Part shown: in pieces, positions 42,499 through 57,500 of the stretch
Numbering within the stretch: position 1 is the first letter of the stretch
Layout of the letters: each line of letters begins with the position of its first letter
Source: the human T2T-CHM13v2.0 reference genome, Homo sapiens
Strand: one strand, 5' to 3'
DNA: 64,000 nt
Assembly: GCF_009914755.1 (NCBI RefSeq)
Contig: NC_060933.1
Program-made: the position numbers and the translations under genes
The notes under the pieces: generated by a model
Database searches by the model: none
The model's input: the letters and a program-made list of their open reading frames with translations, nothing else
What the model was told of the DNA's origin: nothing

Positions 42499-45400
42499 GG
42501 AATGGAATGGAATGGAATGGAACGTAAAGGAATGGAATGGAATGGAATGGAATGGAATGGAATGGAATGGAATCAACGCGAGGGCAGGGGAATGGAATGG
42601 AATGGAATGCAATGGAATGGAATCTTCCGGAATGGAATGGAATGGAATGGAATGGAATGGAATTGAATGGAATGGAATAAACCCGAGTGCAATGGAATGG
42701 AGTGGAATGGAATGGAATGGAATGGAACAACCCGAATGGAATGGAATGTAATGGAGAGTAAGGAAGTTGAATAGAATCAATCCGAATGTAATGGAATGGA
42801 ATGGAACGGAATCGAATTGAATGGAATGGAATGGAATGCAATGCAATGGAATCAACCCGAGTGCAATGGAATGGAGAGGAATGGAATGGAATGGAATGGA
42901 AACTACCCGAATGGAATGGAATGTAATGGAGTGTAAGGGAATTGAATAGAATCAATCCGAATGTAATGGAATGGAATGGAACGGAATGGAATGGAATGGA
43001 ATGGAATGGAATGGAATGCAATGGAATGGAATCAACCCGAGTGCAATCGAATGGAATCGAATGGAATGGAATGCAATGGAATGGATTCAACTTGAATGGA
43101 ATGGAAAGAATGGAGTCAACACGAGTGGAAGGGCATGGATTGGAATGCAATGGAATGGAATCAACCCGAGTACAGGCGAATGGAATGGAATGGAATGCAA
43201 TGGAATGGAATCATCCGTAATGGAATGGAAAGGAATGGAATGGAATGGAATGGAATGGAATCAACACGATTGCAATACAATGGAATGGAATGGAATTAAC
43301 CCGAATAGAATGGAATGGAATGGAATGGAACGGAACGGAATGGAATGGAATGGAATGGAATGGAATGGAACGGAACGGAATGGAATGGAATGGAATGGAA
43401 TGGAATCAACGCGAGTGCAGGGGAATGGAATGTAATGGAATGCAATGGAATGGAATCTTCCGGAATGGAATGGAATGGAATCAACCCGAGTGTAATGGAA
43501 TGGAGTGGAATGGAATGGAATGGAATGGAACAACCCGAATGGAATCGAATGTAATGGAGAGTAAGGGAGTTGAATAGAATCAATCCGAATGTAATGCAAT
43601 GGAATGGAACGGAATGGAATTGAATGGAATGGAATGGAATGCAATGGAATGGAATCAACCCGAGTGCAATGGAATGGAGAGAAATGGAATGGAATGGAGT
43701 GGAAACTACCCGAATGGAATGGAATGTAATGGAGTGTAAGGGAATTGAATAGAATCAATCCGAATGTAATGGAAAGGAATGGAACGGAATGGAATGGAAT
43801 GGAATGAAATGGAATGGAATGGAATGGAATGCAATGGAATGGAATCAACCCGAGTGCAATCGAATGGAATCGAATGGAATGGAATGCAATGTAATCGAAT
43901 CAACTCGATTGCAATCGAATGGAATGGAATGGAATTAACACGAATAGAATGGAATGGAATGGAATGGAATGGAATGGAATGGAATGGAATGGAATGGAAC
44001 GGAATGGAATGGAATGGAATGGAATGGAATGGAATCAACGCGAGTGCAGGGGAATGGAATGGAATGGAATGCAATGGAATGGAATCTTCCGGAATGGAAT
44101 GGAATGGAATGGAATGGAATGAAATGCAATGGATTCAACTCGATTGCAATGGAATGGAATAGAATGGAATGGAATGGAATGGAATAGAATGAACCCGAAT
44201 AGAATGGAATGGAAAGCAATGGAACGGAATGGAACGGAATGGAATGGAATGGAATGGAATGGAATGGTATGGAATGGAATGGAATGGTACGGAATATAAT
44301 GGAATGTAACGAATTGTAATTTAATGGAATTGAATGGAATGGAAGGGAATCAACGCGAGTGCAGTGGAATGTAATGGAACGGAATGCAATGGAATGGAAT
44401 CATCCGGAATGGAATGGAATGGAATGGAATGGAATGGAATGGAATGGAATCAACCCGAGTGCAATGGAATGGAGTGGAATGGAATGGAATGGAATGGAAC
44501 AACCCGAATGGAATGGAATGGAATGGAATGTAATTGAGTTGAATAGAATCAATCCGAATGTAATGGAATGGAATGCAACGGAATGGAATGGAATGGAATG
44601 CAATGGAATGCAATCAACCAGAGTACAATGGAATGGAATGGAATGGAATGGAATGGAATGGAATGGAATGCCTTCAAACCGAATGGAATGGAAAGGAATG
44701 GAATCAACACGAGTGGAATGGAATGGAATGGAATGGAATGGAAGGGAATGATACGGAATAGAATGGAATGGAACGAAATGGAATGGAATGGAATGGAATG
44801 GAATGGAATGGAATCGTTCCGAGTGGAATAGGAGGGAATGTGTTCGAGTGGAATGGAAAGGAATGGAATCAACCAGAGTGGAATGGAAGGGAATGGAATG
44901 GAATGGAAACTAATAGAATGGAATCAACCCGAGTGGAATGGAATGGAAAGGACTGGAATGGAATGGAATGGAATGGAATCAACTCGATTGTAATGGAATG
45001 GAATGGAATGGAATGGAATGGAATGGAATTAACCCGAATACAATGGAATGGAATGGAATGGAACGGAATGGAGTGGAATGGAATGGAATCAACCCGAGTG
45101 CAGGGGAGTGGAATGGAATGGAATGCAATGGAATGGAATCATCCGGAATGGAATGGAATGCAATGGAATGCAAAGCAATGGAATCAACTCGATTGCAATG
45201 GAATGGAATGGAATGGATAGGAATACATTGGAATCAACCCGAGTAGAATGGAATGGAAAGGACTGGAATGGAGTGGAATGGAATGGAATGGAATGGAATG
45301 GAATCAACTCGATTGGAATGGAATGGAATGGAATGGAATGGAATGGAATGGAATTAACCCGAATAGAATGGAATGGAATGGAATGGAACGGAACAGAACG

Positions 45401-48400
45401 GAACGGAACGGAATGGAATGGAATGGAATGGAATGGAATGGAATGGAATGGAATCAACCCGACTGCAGGGGAATGGAATGGAATGGAATGCAATGGAATG
45501 GATTCAACTTGAATGGAATGGAAAGAATGGAATCAACACGAGTGGAATGGCATGGATTGGAATGGAATGGAATGGAATGAACCCGAGTACAGGGGAATAG
45601 AATGGAATGGAATGCAATGGAATGGAATCATCCGGAATGGAATGGAATGGAATGGAATGGAATGGAATGGAATGGAATCCACCCGATTGCAATCGAATGG
45701 AATGGAACGGAATTAACCCGAATAGAATGGAATGGAATGGAATGGAATGGAACGGAACGGAACGGAACGGAATGGAATGGAATGGAATGGAATGGAATGG
45801 AACGGAAAGGAATGGAATGGAATGGAATGGAATGGAATCAACGCGAGTGCAGGGGAATGGAATGGAATGGAATGCAATGGAATGGAATCTTCCGGAATGG
45901 AATGGAGTGGAATGGAATGGAATGGAATGGAACAGCCCGAATGGAATGGAATGTAATGGAGAGTAAGGGAGTTGAATAGAATCAATCCGAATGTAATGTA
46001 ATGGAATGGAACGGAATGGAATTGAATGGAATGGAATGGAATGCAATGGAATGGAATCAACCCGAGTGCAATGGAATGGAGAGGAATGGAATGGAATGGA
46101 ATGGAAACTACCCGAATGGAATGGAATGTAATGGAGTGTAAGGGAATTGAATAGAATCAATCCGAATGTAATGGAATGGAATGGAATGGAATGGAATGGA
46201 ATGCAATGGAATGGAATCAACCCGAGTGCAATCGAATGGAATCGAATGGAATGGAATGCAATGGAATGGATTCAACTTGAATGGAATGGAAAGAATGGAA
46301 TCAACACGAGTGGAAGGGCATGGATTACAATGCAATGGAATGGAATCAACCCGAGTACAGGGGAATGGAATGGAATGGAATGCAATGGAATGGAATCAAC
46401 ACGATTGCAACCGAATGGAATGGAATGGAATTAACCCGAATAGAATGGAATGGAATGGAATGGAACGGAACGGAATGGAATGGAATGGAATCAACCCGAG
46501 TGCAGGGGAATGGAATGGAATGGAATGCAATGGAATGGAATCATCCGGAATGGAATGGAATGGAATGGAATGCAAAGCAATGGAATCAACTCGATTGCAA
46601 TGGAATGGAATGGAATGGAAAGGAATACATTGGAATCAACCCGAGTGGAATGGAATGGAAAGGACTGGAATGGAGTGGAATGGAATGGAATGGAATTAAC
46701 CCGAATAGAATGAAATGGAACGGAATGGAATGGAATGGAATGGAATCAACCCGAGTGCAGGGGAATGGAATGGAATGGAATGCAATGGAATGGAATCATC
46801 CGGAATGGAATGGAATGGAATGGAATGGAATGGAATCAACTCGATTTCAATGGAATGGAATGGAATAGAATGGAATGGAATTAACACTAATAGAATGGAA
46901 TGGAATGGAATTGAATGGAACAGAAAGGAATGGAATGGAATGGAATGGAATCAACCCAAGTGCAGGGGAATGGAATGGAATGGAATTCAATGGAATGGAA
47001 TCATCCGGAATGGAATGGTATGGAATGGAATGGAATGGAATGGAATGGAATCAACCCGAGTGCAATGGAATGGAGAGGAATGGAATGGAATGGAATGGAA
47101 ACTAGACGAATCGAATGGAATGGAATGGAGTGTAAGGGAATTGAATAGAATGAATCCGAATGGAATGGAATGGAAAGGAATGGAATGGAATGGAATGGAA
47201 TGGAATGGAATGGAATGGAATTAAATGGAATGGAAAGGAATGGAATCAACCCGAGTGCAGGGGAAAGGAATGGAATGGAATGCAATGGAATGGAATGGAA
47301 TGGAATGGAATGGAATGGAATGGAATGGAATGGAATGGAATCAACCCGAGTGGAATGGCATGGAATGGAATGCAAAGGAATGGAATGGAATGGAATCAAC
47401 TCGAGTGGAAAGGAATGGAATGGAATGGAAAGGAATGGAATGAAATCAACTCGAGTGGAATGGAATATAATGGAATGGATTGGAATGGATTGCAATGGAA
47501 TCAAATGGAATGGAATGGAATGGAATCAATCATTCCGAGTGGAATGGAAGGGAATGTAATGGAGTGGAAAGAAGGGAATGGAATCAACCCGAGTGGAATG
47601 CAAGGCAATGGAATGGAATGGAAAGGAATGGAATGGAATCAACTCGATTGCAATCGAATGGAATGGAATGGAATGGAATGGAAAGGAATGGAATGGAATG
47701 AAATGGGATGGAATGGAATGCAATGGAATGGAATCAACCCGAGTGCAATCGAATGGAATCGAATGGAATGGAATGCAATGGAATGGATTCAACTTGAATG
47801 GAATGGAAAGAATGGAATCAACACGAGTGGAATGGCATGGATTGGAATGGAATGGAATGGAATCAACCCGAGTACAGGGGAATGGAATGGAATGGAATGC
47901 AATGGAATGGAATCATCCGTAATGGAAAGGAAAGGAATGGAATGGAATGGAATGGAATGGAATGGAATGGAATGGAATGGAATCAACTCGATTGCAATCG
48001 AATGGAACGGAATGGAATTAACCCGAATAGAATGGAATGGAATGGAATGGAACGGAACGGAACGGAATGGAATGGAATGGAATGGAATGGAATGGAATGG
48101 AACGGAAAGGAATGGAATGGAATGGAATGGAATGGAATGGAATGGAATCAACGCGAGTGCAGGGGAATAGAATGTAATGGAATGTAATGGAATGGAATCT
48201 TCCGGAATGGAATGGAATGGAATGGAATCAACCCGAGTGCAATGGAATGGAGTGGAATGGAATGGAATGGAATGGAACAACCTGAATGGAATCGAATGTA
48301 ATGGAGAGTAAGGGAGTTGAATAGAATCAATCCGAATGGAATGGAATGGAATGGAACGGAATGGAATTGAATGGAATGGAATGGAATGCAATGGAATGGA

Positions 48401-48568
48401 ATCAACCCGAGTGCAATGGAATGGAGAGGAAGGGAATGGAATGGAGTGGAAACTACCCGAATGGAATGGAATGTAATGGAGTGTAAGGGAATTGAATAGA
48501 ATCAATCCGAATGTAATGGAATGGAATGGAACGGAATGGAATGGAATGGAATGGAATGGAAAGAAGGG

Positions 48569-48596
48569 AATGGAATCAACCCGAGTTGATTCCATT
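48569..48596. other. Strand-inversion breakpoint within the satellite array
   Basis: AATGGAATCAAC-CCGA-GTTGATTCCATT is a 12-bp perfect inverted repeat with a 4-nt spacer. GGAAT lies to the left and ATTCC to the right. CGAGT (48582-48586) belongs to both parental modules. Confidence 0.95.
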
Positions 48597-51500
48597 GCTT
48601 TGCATTCCGTTCCATTCCATTCCTTTTCATTGTATTCGGGTTAATTCCATTGCATTCCATTCAATTCCTTTCCATTCCATTCCATTCCATTACAATGGAG
48701 TTGATTCCATTCCATTCCATTCCATTCCATTCCATTCCATTCCAGTCCTTTCCATTCCATTCCACTCGGGTTGATTCCATTCTATTAGTTTCCATTCCAT
48801 TCCATTCCCTTCCATTCCACTCTGGTTGATTCCATTCCTTTCCATTTCACTCGAATACATTCCTTCCTATTCCACTCGGAACGATTCCATTCCATTCCAT
48901 TCCATTCCATTCCATTCCATTCCATTTCGTTCCATTCCATTCTATTCCGTACCATTCCATGCCATTCTATTCCATTCCATTCCATTCAATTCCAATCCAT
49001 TCCACTCGTGTTGATTACATTCCTTTCCATTGCATTCAGGTTGAAGGCATTCCATTCCATTCAATTCCATTCCATTCCATTCCATTCCATTCCATTCCAT
49101 TCCATTCCATTCCATTGTACTCGGGTTGATTCCATTCCATTGCATTCCATTCCATTCCATTCCATTCCATTCCATTCCATTACATTCCGGATGATTCCAT
49201 TCCATTGCATTCCATTCCATTCCATTCCCCTGCACTCGGGTTGATTACATTGCATTCCCTTCCCTTCCATTCCTTTCCATTCCATTCCATTCCATTCTAT
49301 TCGGGTGAATTCCATTCCATTCCATTCCATTCCATTCCATTCCGTTCCATTCCATTGCAATCGAGTTGATTCCATTCCATTCCATTCCATTCCGTTCCGG
49401 ATGATTCCATTCCATTGCATTCCATTCCAATCTATTCCTCTGCAGTCGGTTTGATTCCTTTCCATTCCATTCCATTCCATTCCATTTCATTCCATTCCAT
49501 TCCATTCCACTGCAGTCGGTTTGATTCCTTTCCATTCCATTCCATTCCGTTCCATTCCATTCCATTCCGTTCCATTCCATTCCATTCCATTCTATTCGGG
49601 TTAATTCCATTCCATTCCTTTCCATTCCATTCCAATCGAGTTAATTCCATTCCATTGCATTCCATTCCACTCCATTCCAGTCCTTTCCATTCCATTCCAC
49701 TCGGGTTGATTCCATTCTATTCCTTTCCATTCCATTCCATTGCAATCGAGTTGATTCCATTGCATTGCATTCCATTCCATTCCATTCCATTCCGGATGAT
49801 TCCATTCCATTGCATTCCATTCCATTCCATTCCCCTGCACTCGGGTTGATTCCATTCCATTCCACTCCATTCCGTTCCATTGCATTCCATTCCATTGTAT
49901 TCGGGTTAATTCCATTCCATTCCATTCCATTCCATTCCATTCCATTCCATTACAATCGAGTTGATTCCATTCCATTCCATTCCATTCCATTCCATTCCAT
50001 TCCATTCCATTCCTTTCCATTCCATTCCACTCAGGTTGATTCCATTCTATTAGTTTCCATTCCATTCCATTCCCTTCCATTCCACTCTGGTTGATTCCAT
50101 TCCTTTCCATTCCACTCGAATACATTCCCTCCTATTCCCTCGGAACAATTCCATTCCATTCCATTCCATTCTATTCCATTCCATTTCGTTCCATTCCATT
50201 CTATTCCATACCATTCCATTCCATTCCATTCCATTCCATTCCATTCCATTCCACTCGTGTTGATTCCATTCCTTTCCATTCCATTCGGTTTGAAGCCATT
50301 CCATCCCATTCAATTCCATTCCATTCCTTTCCATTCCATTTCGGATGATGCCATTCCATTGCTTTCCATTCCATTCCATTCCCCTGTACTCAGGTTTATT
50401 CCATTCCATTGCATTGCAATCCATGCCATTCCACTAGTGTTGATTCCATTCTTTCCATTCCATTCAAGTTGAATCCATTCCATTGCATTCCATTATATTC
50501 GAATCCATTCGATTGCACTCGGGTTGATTCCATTCCATTCCATTCCATTCCATTCCATTCCATTCCATTCCATTCCGTTCCATTCAATTCCATTACATTC
50601 GGATTGATTCTTTTTAACTCCCTTACTCTCCATTACATTCCATTCCATTCGGGTTCTTCCATTCCATTCCATTCCATTCCACTCCATTCCATTGCACTCG
50701 GGTTGATTCCATTCCATTGCATTCCATTCCATTCCATTCCATTCCATTCCATTCCATTCCATTCCGGATGATTCCATTCCATTGCATTCCGTTCTATTAC
50801 ATTCCCCTTCAATCGCGTTGATTCCATTCCATTCCATTCCATTCCATTCGATTCCATTCCATTCCAATTCGTTCCATTCCATTCTATTCCGTACCATTCC
50901 ATTCCATTCCATAGCATTCCATTCCATTCCATTCCATTCCATTCCTTTCCATTCCTTTCTATTCCGTTCCATTCCATTCCATTCCATTCCATTCTATTAG
51001 GGTCAATTCCATTCCATTCCATTCCATTCCATTCCATTCCATTGCAATCGTCTTGAATCCATTGCATTCCATTCCATTCCATTCTATTCCATTCCATTCC
51101 GGAAGATTCCATTCCATTGCATTCCATTCCATTCCATTCCATTGCATTCCATTCCATTCCATTCCATTCCATTCCCCTGCACTCGCGTTGATTCCATTCC
51201 ATTCCATTCCATTCCATGCTATTCCATTCCGTTCCGTTCCGTTCCATTCCATTCCATTCCATTAAATTCCGTTCCGTTCCATTCCATTCCATTCCATTCT
51301 ATTCGGGTTAATTCCATTCCATTCCATTCCATTGCAATCGAGTTCATTCCATTCCATTGCATTCCGTTCCATTCCATTCCATTCCTTTCCATTCCATTAC
51401 TAATGATTCCATTCCATTGCATTCCATTCCATTCCATTCTCCTGTACTCGGGTTGATTCCATTCCATTCCATTCCATTCCATCCCATTCCACTCGTGTTG

Positions 51501-54500
51501 ATTCCATTCTTTCCATTCCATTCAAGTTGAATCCATTCCATTGCATTCCATTCCATTCGATTCCATTCGATTGCACTCGGGTTGATTCCATTACATTGCA
51601 TTCCATTCCATTCCATTCCATTCCATTCCATTGTACTCGGGTTGATTCCATTCCATTGCATTCCATTCCATTCCATTCCGTTCCATTCCATTCCATTACA
51701 TTCGGGTTGATTCTATTCAACTCCCTTACTCTCCATTACATTCCATTCCATTCGTGCTGTTCCATTCCATTCCATTCCATTCCACTCCATTGCATTGCAC
51801 TCGGGCTGATTCCATTCCATTCCATTCCATTCGATTCCATTCCGGATGATTCCATTCCATTGCACTCCGTTCCATTACATTCGCCTGCACTCGGGTTGAT
51901 TCCATTCCATTCCATTCCATTCCGTATCATTCCATTCGATACCATTCCATTCCAATTCTTTCCATTCCATTCTATTCCGTACCATTCCATTCCATTCCAT
52001 ACAATCCCATTCCATTCCATTCCATTCCATTCCATTCCGTTCCGTTCCGTTCCGTTCCGTTCCATTCCATTCCATTCCATTCTATTCGGGTTAGTTCCAT
52101 TCCATTCCATTCCATTCTATTCCACTCCATTGCAATCGAGTTGAATCCATTGCATTCCATTCCATTCCATTCCATTCCATTCCGGAAGATTCCATTCCAT
52201 TGCATTCCATTCCATTCCATTCCCCTGCACTCGCGTTGAATCCATTCCATTCCATTCCATTCCATTCCATTCCATTCCTTTCCGTTCCATTGCATTCCAT
52301 TCCATTCCATTCCCTTCCATTCCGTTCCGTTCCATTCCATTCCATTCCATTCTATTGGGGTTAATTCCATTCCATTCCATTCGATTACAATCGAGTTGAT
52401 TCCATTCCATTCCATTCCATTCCATTCCATTCCATTCCATTCCATTCCTTTCCATTCCATTACGGATGATTCCATTCCATTGCATTCCATTCCATTCCAT
52501 TCCCCTGTACTCGGGTTGATTCCATTCCATTCCATTCCAATCCATGCCATTCCACTCGTGTTGATTCCATTCTTTCCATTCCATTCAAGTTGAATCCATT
52601 CCATTGCATTCCATTCCATTCGAGTCCATTCGATTGCACTCGAGTTGATTCCATTCCATTGCATTACATTCCATTCCATTCCATTCCATTCCGTTCCATT
52701 CCATTTCATTACATTCAGAATGATTCTATTGAATTCCCTTACACTCCATTATATTCCAATCCATTCTTGTTGTTTCCATTCCATTCCATTCCATTTCACT
52801 CGTGTTGATTCCATTCCTTTCCATTCCATTCGGTTTGAAGCCATTCCATTCCATTCAATTCCACTCCATTCCATTCCATTCCATTCCATTCCATTCCATT
52901 CCATTCCATTGTACTCGGGTTGATTCCATTCCATTGCATTCCATTCCATTCCATTCCATTCCGTTCCATTCCATTCCATTACATTCGGATTGATTCTATT
53001 CAACTCCGTTACTCTCCATTACATTCCATTCCATTCGGGTTGTTCCATTCCATTCCATTCCATTCCACTCCATTCCATTGCACTCGGGTTGATTCCATTC
53101 CATTCCATTCCATTCCATTCCATTCCGGATGATTCCATTCCATTGCATTCCGTTCCATTACATTCCCCTGCACTCGCGTTGATTCCATTCCATTCCATTC
53201 CATTCCATACCATTCCATTCCATTCCATTCCATTCCATTCCATTCCATTCCTTTCCATTCCTTTCCATTCCATTACGGATGATTCCATTCCATTGCATTC
53301 CATTCCATTCCATTCCCCTGTACTCGGGTTGATTCCATTCCATTCCATTCCAATCCATGCCATTCCACTCGTGTTGATTCCATTCTTTCCATTCCATTCA
53401 AGTTGAATCCATTCCATTGCATTCCATTCCATTCGATTCCATTCGATTGCACTCGGGTTGATTCCATTCCATTGCATTCCATTCCATTCCATTCCATTCC
53501 ATTCCATTCCATTCTATTCCGTTCCATTCCATTCCATTACATTCGGATTGATTCTTTTCAACTCCCTTACTCTCCATTAAATTCCATTCCATTCGGGTTG
53601 TTCCATTCCATTCCATTCCATTCCACTCCATTCCATTGCACTCGGGTTGATTCCATTCCATTCCATTCGATTCCATTCCATTCCCCTACACTCGCGTTGA
53701 TTCCATTCCATTCCATTCCATTCCATTCCATTCCATTCCTTCCGTTCCATTCCATTCCATTCCATTCAATTCCGTTCCGTTCCATTCCATTCCATTGCAT
53801 TCTATTCGGGTTAATTCCATTCCATTCTATTCGATTGCAATCGAGTTCATTCCATTCTATTCCATTCCATTCCATTCCATTCCATTCCATTCCATTCCAT
53901 TCCTTTCCATTCCATTCCGGATGATTCCATTCCATTGCATTCCGTTCCATTACATTCCCCTGCACTCGGATTGATTCCATTCCATTCCATTCCATTCCAT
54001 TCGATTCCATTCCATTCCAATTCTTTCCTTTCCATTCTATTCCGTACCATTCCATTCCATTCCATACCATTCCATTCCATTCCATTCCATTCCATTCCAT
54101 TCCATTCCATTCCATTCCATTGCATTCCGTTCCATTCCGTTCCATTCCATTCCATTCCATTCGGATTCATTCTATTCAATTCCCTTACGCTCCATTACAT
54201 TACATTCCAATCGGGTTGTTCCATTCCATTCCATTCCATTCCACTCCATTCCACTGCACTCAGGTTGATTCCATTCCATTCCATTCCATTCCATTCCGGA
54301 TGATTCCATTCCATTGCATTCAGTTCCATTACATTCCCCTGCATTCGGGTTGATTCCATTCCATTCCATTCCATTCCATTCGATTTCATTCCATTCCCCT
54401 GTACTCGCGTTGATTCCATTCCATGCAATTCCATTCCATTCCATTCCATTCATTTCCGTTCCATTGCATTGCATTCCATTCCATTCCTTTCCGTTCCATT

Positions 54501-57500
54501 CCATTCCATTCCATTCTATTCGGGTTAATTCCATTCCATTCCATTCGATTGCAATCGAGTTGATTCCATTCCATTCCATTCCATTCCATTCCATTCCACT
54601 CCATTCCGTTCCATTCCTTTCCATTCCATTTTATTCGGGTTAATTCCATTCCATTCCATTCCATTCCATTCCATTCGATTCCATTCCATTCCAATCGAGT
54701 TGATTCCATTCCATTCCATTCCATTCCATTCCATTCCAGTCCTTTCCATTCCATTCCACTCGGGTTGATTCCATTCTATTAGTTTCCATTCCATTCCATT
54801 CCCTTCCATTCCACTCTGGTTGATTCCATTCCTTTCCATTCCACTCGAATACATTCCCTCCTATTCCACTCGGAACGATTCCATTCCATTCCATTCCATT
54901 GCATTCCATTCCATTCCATTCCATTCCAGTTCGTTCCATTCCGTTCTATTCCGTACCATTCCATTCCATTAAATTCCTTTCCATTCCATTCCTTTCCACT
55001 CGTGTTGATTCCATTCCTTTCCATTCCATTCGGTTTGAAGGCGTTCCATTCCATTCAATTCCATTCCATTCCATTCCATTCCCTTCCATTCTATTCCATT
55101 GCATTGCAATCGGGTTGAATCCATTGCCTTTCATTCCATTCCATTCCATTCCATTCCATTCCATTCCATTCCGGAAGATTCCATTCCATTGCATTCCATT
55201 CCATTCCATTCCCCTGCACTCGCGTTGATTCCATTCCATTCCATTCCATTCCGTTCCGTTCCGTTCCATTCCATTCCATTCCATTCCATTCAATTCCGTT
55301 CCGTTCCATTCCATTCCATTCCATTCTATTCGGGTTAATTCCATTCCATTCCATTCGATTGCCATCGAGTTGAATCCATTCCATTCCATTCCATTCCAAT
55401 CCATTCCATTGAACTCGGGTTTATTCGATTCCATTCCATTCCATTCCATTCCATTCCATTCCATTCCGGAAGATTCCATTCCATTGCATTCCATTCCATT
55501 CCATTCCCCTGCAATCGCGTTGATTCCATTCCATTCCATTCTATTCCATTCCATTCCCTTCCTTTCCGTTCCATTCCATTCCATTCCATTCCATTCCGTT
55601 CCGTTCCATTCCATTCCATTCCATTCTATTCGGGTTAATTCCATTCCATGCCATTCGATTGCAATCGAGTTGATTCCATTCCATTCCATTCCATTCCATT
55701 CCATTCCTTTCCATTCCGTTGCGGATGATTCCATTCCATTGCATTCCATACCATTCCATTCCCCTATACTCGGGTTGATTCCATTCCATTCCATTCCAAT
55801 CCATGCCATTCCACTCGTGTTGATTCCATTCTTTCCATTCCATTCAAGTTGAATCCATTCCATTGCATTCCATTCCATTCGATTCCATTCGATTGCACTC
55901 GGGTTGATTCCATTCCATTGCATTCCATTCCATTCCATTACATTCCATTCCATTCCGTTCCATTCCATTTCATTACATTCAGATTGATTCTATTCAATTC
56001 CCTTACACTCCATTATATTCCAATCCATTCTGGTTGTCTCCATTCCATTCCATTCCATTTCACTCCATTCCATTGCACTCGGGTTGATTCCATTCCATTC
56101 CATTCCATTGCATTCCATTCCATTCCATTCCGGATGATTCCATTCCATTGCATTCCATTCCATTCCATTCACCTGCACTCGGGTTGATTCCATTCCATTC
56201 CATTCCATTACATTCCGTTCCATTCCTTTCCATTCCATTCGGATTGATTCTATTCAATTCCCTTACACTCCATTACATTCCATTCCATTTGGGTAGTTTC
56301 CATTCCATTCCATTCCATTCCTCTCCATTCCATTGTACTCAGGTTGATTCCATTCCATTCCATTCCATTCCATTCCATTCCATTACGTTACATTACATTC
56401 TGTTCCATTGTACTCGGGTTGATTCCATTCCATTCCATTCCATTCCATTCCATTCCATTCCATTCCTTTCCATTCCATTACATTCGGATTGATTCTATTC
56501 AACTCCCTTACTCTCCATTACATTCCATTCCATTCGGGTTGTTCCATTCCATTCCATTCCATTCCACTCCATTCCATTGCGCTCGGGTTTATTCCATTCC
56601 ATTCCATTCCATTCCATTCCATTCCATTCCATTCCGGATGATTCCATTCCATTGCATTCCTTTCCATTACATTCCCCTGCACTCGGGTTCATTCCATTCC
56701 ATTCCATTCCATTCCATTCCATTCCATTCCATTCCATTCCAATTCTTTCCATTCCATTCTATTCCGTACCATTCCATTCCATTCCATACAATTCCATTCC
56801 ATTCCATTCCACTCCGTTCCGTTCCGTTCCATTCTGTTCCGTTCCATTCCATTCCATTCCATTCTATTCGGTTTAATTCCATTCCATTCCCTTCCATTCC
56901 ATTCCGTTCCATTCCATTCCATTCCATTCCGGAAGATTCCATTCCATTGCATTCCATTCCATTCCATTCCATTCCATTCCATTCCATTCCATTCCATTCC
57001 ATTGTACTCGGGTTGATTCCATTCCATTGCATTCCATTCCATTCCATTCCATTCCATTCCATTCCATTCCATTCCATTCCGTTCCATTCCATTACATTCG
57101 GATTGATTCTTTTCAACTCCCTAACTCTCCATTACATTCCATTCCATTCGGGTTGTTCCATTCCATTCCATTCCATTCCACTCCATTCCATTGCACTCGG
57201 GTGGATTCCATTCCATTCCATTCCATTCCATTCCATTCCATTCCATTCCGGAAGATTCCATTCCATTGCATTCCATTCCATTCCATTCCCCTGCACTCGC
57301 GTTGATTCCATTCCATTCCATTCTATTCCATTCCATTCCCTTCCTTTCCGTTCCATTCCATTCCATTCCATTCCATTCCATTCCGTTCCGTTCCATTCCA
57401 TTCCATTCCATTCTATTCGGGTTAATTCCATTCCATTCCATTCGATTGCAATCGAGTTGATTCCATTCCATTCCATTCCATTCCATTCCATTCCATTCCA

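Larger units (their letters stand above)
1..48584 (+). repeat. Satellite III (HSat3) array, G-rich (GGAAT)n strand on +
   Basis: Continuous GGAAT pentamers interspersed with CAACCCGAGT / CAACTCGATT / TTAACCCGAAT modules. A pentamer plus CAACCCGAGT decamer is the classical definition of Satellite 3. No non-satellite sequence seen. Confidence 0.97.

Noticed and set aside
48526-48774. Chimeric ORFs switching from MEWNG to IPFHS (also 47789-48595)
   Set aside because: They simply read across the inversion junction. They mark the breakpoint but give no evidence of coding.
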